Origin: a bacterium
GTDB taxonomy: Bacteria > Zhuqueibacterota > Zhuqueibacteria > Residuimicrobiales > Krinioviventaceae
Length of the DNA: 64,000 nucleotides
Assembly: GCA_963674595.2 (NCBI GenBank)
Contig: CAXXFV010000004.1
Location: 288,001 to 352,000, forward strand
Direction: 5' to 3'
Part shown: positions 63,151 through 64,000 of the stretch, piece after piece
Layout: each line of letters starts with the position of its first letter
How positions within the stretch are numbered: the first letter of the stretch is position 1
The notes under the pieces: model-generated
What the model was told of the DNA's origin: nothing
What the model saw: only the letters and a program-made list of their open reading frames with translations
The model's database searches: none
Made by a program: the position numbers and the translations under genes

Positions 63151-63723
63151 ATGTTGAACATTGTTCGAAAGGACATTGGGTGGATTGAAGTTATTTGCGG
63201 GAGTATGTTCAGCGGCAAAACAGAAGAACTGATTCGCCGGATTAAAAGAGCGGAAATTGCCAGGCTTAAAATCGCTATTTTTAAACCGCATCTTGATGAC
63301 CGTTATTCAAAGCAGGATATTGTGTCGCACGATGCACAACGGATCCCGTCCGTTCCGGTGGAGAGTGCCGGAGATATTTTGTTGCAAAGCAAAGATGCGG
63401 AAGTGATTGGTATTGATGAAGCACAGTTTTTTAATTTGGATTTGGTGGATGTTTGCCAGCAATTAGCGGACCAGGGGAAAAGAGTGATTGTTGCCGGTTT
63501 GGACCAGGATTATAAGGGCAGGCCGTTTGAACCAATTCCGCAGTTGCTGGCTGTTGCCGAATATATAACCAAAACCCTGGCCATTTGTGTAAAATGTGGA
63601 AATCCGGCAAACAGAACACAACGCCTGAGCCATGATTCGGAACGGGTTGTGGTTGGGGCGGATCGTATTTATGAAGCACGCTGTCGTTTTTGTCATGAAA
63701 TTTATAATAAAGAGGACATTTAA
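63151..63723 (+). CDS. tdk: Thymidine kinase
   Basis: [35 protein letters not shown]. Confidence 0.97.
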   Translation: MLNIVRKDIGWIEVICGSMFSGKTEELIRRIKRAEIARLKIAIFKPHLDDRYSKQDIVSHDAQRIPSVPVESAGDILLQSKDAEVIGIDEAQFFNLDLVDVCQQLADQGKRVIVAGLDQDYKGRPFEPIPQLLAVAEYITKTLAICVKCGNPANRTQRLSHDSERVVVGADRIYEARCRFCHEIYNKEDI

Positions 63724-63737
63724 ATAAAGGAAAAGAA

Positions 63738-64000
63738 ATGAGATTCATGGGAATTATTGGGATCGTTTTTTTATTATCCGTTGCCTTTTTATTTTCAACT
63801 AATAAAAAAGCAGTTAAAACCCGCATTTTGTTGTGGGGACTGGGACTTCAGTTACTCTTTGCCACTATTATCCTCAGCCAGTCATTTCTTTCATGGCTGG
63901 GTATGTTTGTTTTTTTTACAATGATTGTGGCTTATCTTTTTAAAGATATGCTTTTTAAAGATAAAAAAATAGCGTTCCTGCCGGTCATTTTTATTTTTGC
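63738..64000 (+). CDS. NupC/CNT family nucleoside transporter, N-terminus (runs off window)
   Basis: Manual translation MRFMGIIGIVFLLSVAFLFSTNKKAVKTRILLWGLGLQLLFATIIL; follows cdd-udk-tdk. Confidence 0.8.
   Translation, partial: MRFMGIIGIVFLLSVAFLFSTNKKAVKTRILLWGLGLQLLFATIILSQSFLSWLGMFVFFTMIVAYLFKDMLFKDKKIAFLPVIFIF

Overview
Core-chromosome window from a low-GC diderm bacterium. The gene repertoire (GWxTD protein, patatin-POTRA-Omp85 proteins, DUF4838/DUF6786 lipoproteins, Bor-like lipoprotein) suggests the FCB group, e.g. a KSB1/Calditrichota-like lineage; this is inference. The window spans the replication origin: mnmE(partial)-yidC-yidD-rnpA-rpmH, an inserted PFOR + DHODH-like pair, a bipartite oriC around dnaA, then dnaN-recF-dciA-gyrB-gyrA. 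The rest is envelope, metabolic and DNA-repair genes, tRNA-Phe, smc and a pyrimidine salvage operon. I saw no CRISPR array, integrase, transposase or prophage. Top leads: (1) an AraC-GyrI regulator with an apparent internal tandem operator, promoter and strong RBS that could make a stand-alone GyrI isoform; (2) a coupled ParB-like / spore-photoproduct-lyase-like radical SAM / dGTPase unit; (3) an origin-linked GyrA lacking the GyrA-box; (4) an unannotated 43-aa membrane sORF ahead of an ECF sigma-photolyase operon with no anti-sigma; (5) several apparent pseudo-enzymes. Four single-base frameshifts (recF, ParB-like x2, one membrane gene) most likely reflect sequencing indels. Family assignments come from recalled motifs; no database searches were run.
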